Shown here: positions 49,768 through 51,229 of the stretch, piece after piece | Position numbering within the stretch: position 1 is the stretch's first letter | How the letters are laid out: every line of letters begins with the position of its first letter | DNA from: Deltaproteobacteria bacterium | GTDB taxonomy: Bacteria; Myxococcota; JACRCW01 | Direction: 5' to 3' | Length of the DNA stretch: 51,229 nucleotides | Assembly: GCA_016218805.1 (NCBI GenBank) | Contig: JACRCW010000021.1 | Location: 1-51,229 of the forward strand | Position numbers and translations under genes: made by a program | The notes under the pieces: model-generated | What the model saw: only the letters and a program-made list of their open reading frames with translations | What the model was told of the DNA's origin: nothing | Database searches by the model: none

Positions 49768-50687
49768 TTCGTGTTGCAGCGGGGCCTGCGTGCGTGGCTT
49801 GCACAGTCCGAGCACTGGACTCGCCCCACCGACCCAACCGCCTCCCAGTGCTGGAGCCGCGGGAACCGGTGTGCTGGTTTCCGACGAGGTTCAAGCCCAT
49901 CTCGTCCACGTGCTGGCCACCATGGCCCTGTCTTGCCGCGAGGAGATCCACGCATGAGCACATCTGCACATCTGAAGATCACGGCGCGCCACCTCGAGCG
50001 CAACGCGTATCTCTACGTTCGGCAATCAACCGTGCGCCAGGTGTTCGAAAACACCGAGAGCACCAAGCGCCAATACGCGTTGCGCCAACGCGTCATGGCA
50101 CTCGCTGCGGAGTTCCCGGCATTATGGCGGGACTCCCGGACGCCGGCTCGCGAACGCACCGGATGCTGGCGCTGCTGGTCGAGGATGTGACGTTGATCAG
50201 ACAGCACGACATCACCGTCCACGTTCGGTTCCGCGGCGGGACGACGACAACACTGAAGCTCCCGCGCCCGCTCACCGCCCAGCAACTGCGCGCCACGCAC
50301 GATAACGTGCGCCGAGACATCGACGCCATCCTCGACGAGTACACCGATGCGCGGGTGGCCCACGAGCTCAACGAGCGAGGCCTGAAGGCCGGCGCCGGTG
50401 AAACGTTCAATGCGCTCAGCGTCAGGTGGTGCGCACCTCCACCAAGCTCAAGAGCCTCAAGGACCGCATGCTTGCTGGCGGTTGGCTGACCCAGAAACAA
50501 CTCGCCGCGAAGCTCTGCGTTGGCCGCACCACCATCAACCGTATGCGCTGCGCCGGCAGCCTCACAGGTCGCATCTGTGGCGAACGCGGCGAGTGGCCAT
50601 ACTGGCCACCTGACGCAGCAGCGCCGCCACCCGTCCATGGTCCGACCCACCCAATGGGCAATTCAACGGTACGAGGTGCAGTATGAA
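49768..50687 (+). mobile_element. Internally deleted serine-recombinase element with imperfect terminal inverted repeats
   Basis: TTCGTGTTGCA ... TGCAGTATGAA ends (8/11 match as inverted repeats), AAG on both outer flanks; contains recombinase remnant. Confidence 0.5.
49954..50686 (+). pseudogene. Large serine recombinase remnant (N-terminus fused to C-terminus, frameshifts near 50160 and 50428)
   Basis: KITARHLERNAYLYVRQST..ES...QY catalytic N-terminus joined to FPALW.D..T..RER, LLVEDVTL, VAHELNERG. Confidence 0.8.
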
Positions 50688-50706
50688 AAGCGTTCCTGGG
50701 GCATCG

Positions 50707-51036
50707 ACGCGCTCGACTGCCCGAAGTGCCACGCGCGGATGACGGCGATCGCCATCATCGAGGACCAGGAGGAGACCGCGCGCTACCTGGAGCATACCGG
50801 CCAGGCCTCCGTGCACCCGCGGGCCATAGGGCCGCCGGACCTCGCCGCGTAAGCCCGACAAGGACAACTGACCACGTGGACCACCGGCCCGCGCAGGGTG
50901 ACGCTTGCCGAAAGAGTGCCGCGGCGCAGGATTCCCGCCCGGAATGGCCGATGCATGCACACCACAGCGTTTCCGAAGGCCGGACGGGCGGCTCTGCGGG
51001 GCCGAAGGGGTGCGTGGTCAGCGGGTCACCCGGATG
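50707..51036 (+). repeat. Direct repeat copy 2: IS91-family transposase 3' end plus downstream non-coding DNA
   Basis: KRSWGIDALDCPKCHARMTAIAIIED..ARYLEH..RAIGPP* (coding part begins 50688); matches 45023-45360. Confidence 0.85.
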
Positions 51037-51229
51037 CGCTGCCTTCTATGGGAGGGGATGTCAAGACAGATCTCTCCCGTGCACCGCGTTTCCGCACCCG
51101 TTGAAGGGCTGGATATCCGGCGTCCGCCACATTTCGGCACGCGCAACAATCGGCTGGGGGCTGGGGTGACCGTGGCGTGCTCACCCGCAGCGGGCTGGTT
51201 CGTCAGCGTCGAGGTGTCTCCTTCACTCC

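Noticed and set aside
44865..49950. Integron cassette array
   Set aside because: No tyrosine integrase and no recognisable attC sites; the repeats are explained by IS91 remnants

Overview
High-GC (about 70%) bacterial chromosomal window, most consistent with Myxococcota or a related deltaproteobacterial lineage (inferred from the EF-G subtype, Cys-rich lipoproteins and sigma54 circuitry). Left to right it holds ftsE-ftsX-envC, a stand-alone EF-G, a Uma2 gene with one nonsense codon, several membrane or lipoprotein genes, ridA and an intergenic REP/direct-repeat mosaic. Next come a glycerolipid operon (PlsB-like acyltransferase, a catalytically degenerate GpsA-like protein, an App1-like HAD phosphatase), a tailspike-like beta-helix protein and a LolD/FtsX-type ABC transporter. 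These are followed by a protein with a FrpC-type self-processing-module homologue (Ser-Pro instead of Asp-Pro) and a 30-heme cytochrome c overlapping a putative outer-membrane beta-barrel gene (candidate electron conduit). Then slyX, a YfiR-like gene, a GT-C glycosyltransferase, a lysozyme-like lipoprotein and an AhpD/CMD protein. A complete kdp locus follows: porin, two micro-peptides, kdpABC and truncated kdpD, with a separate histidine kinase, a sigma54 activator and a clear -24/-12 promoter. From about 44 kb the DNA is compositionally foreign, with IS91-family and serine-recombinase remnants interleaved with intact secreted-protein genes. No rRNA, tRNA or CRISPR array was seen. All calls come from manual motif reading; no database searches were run.
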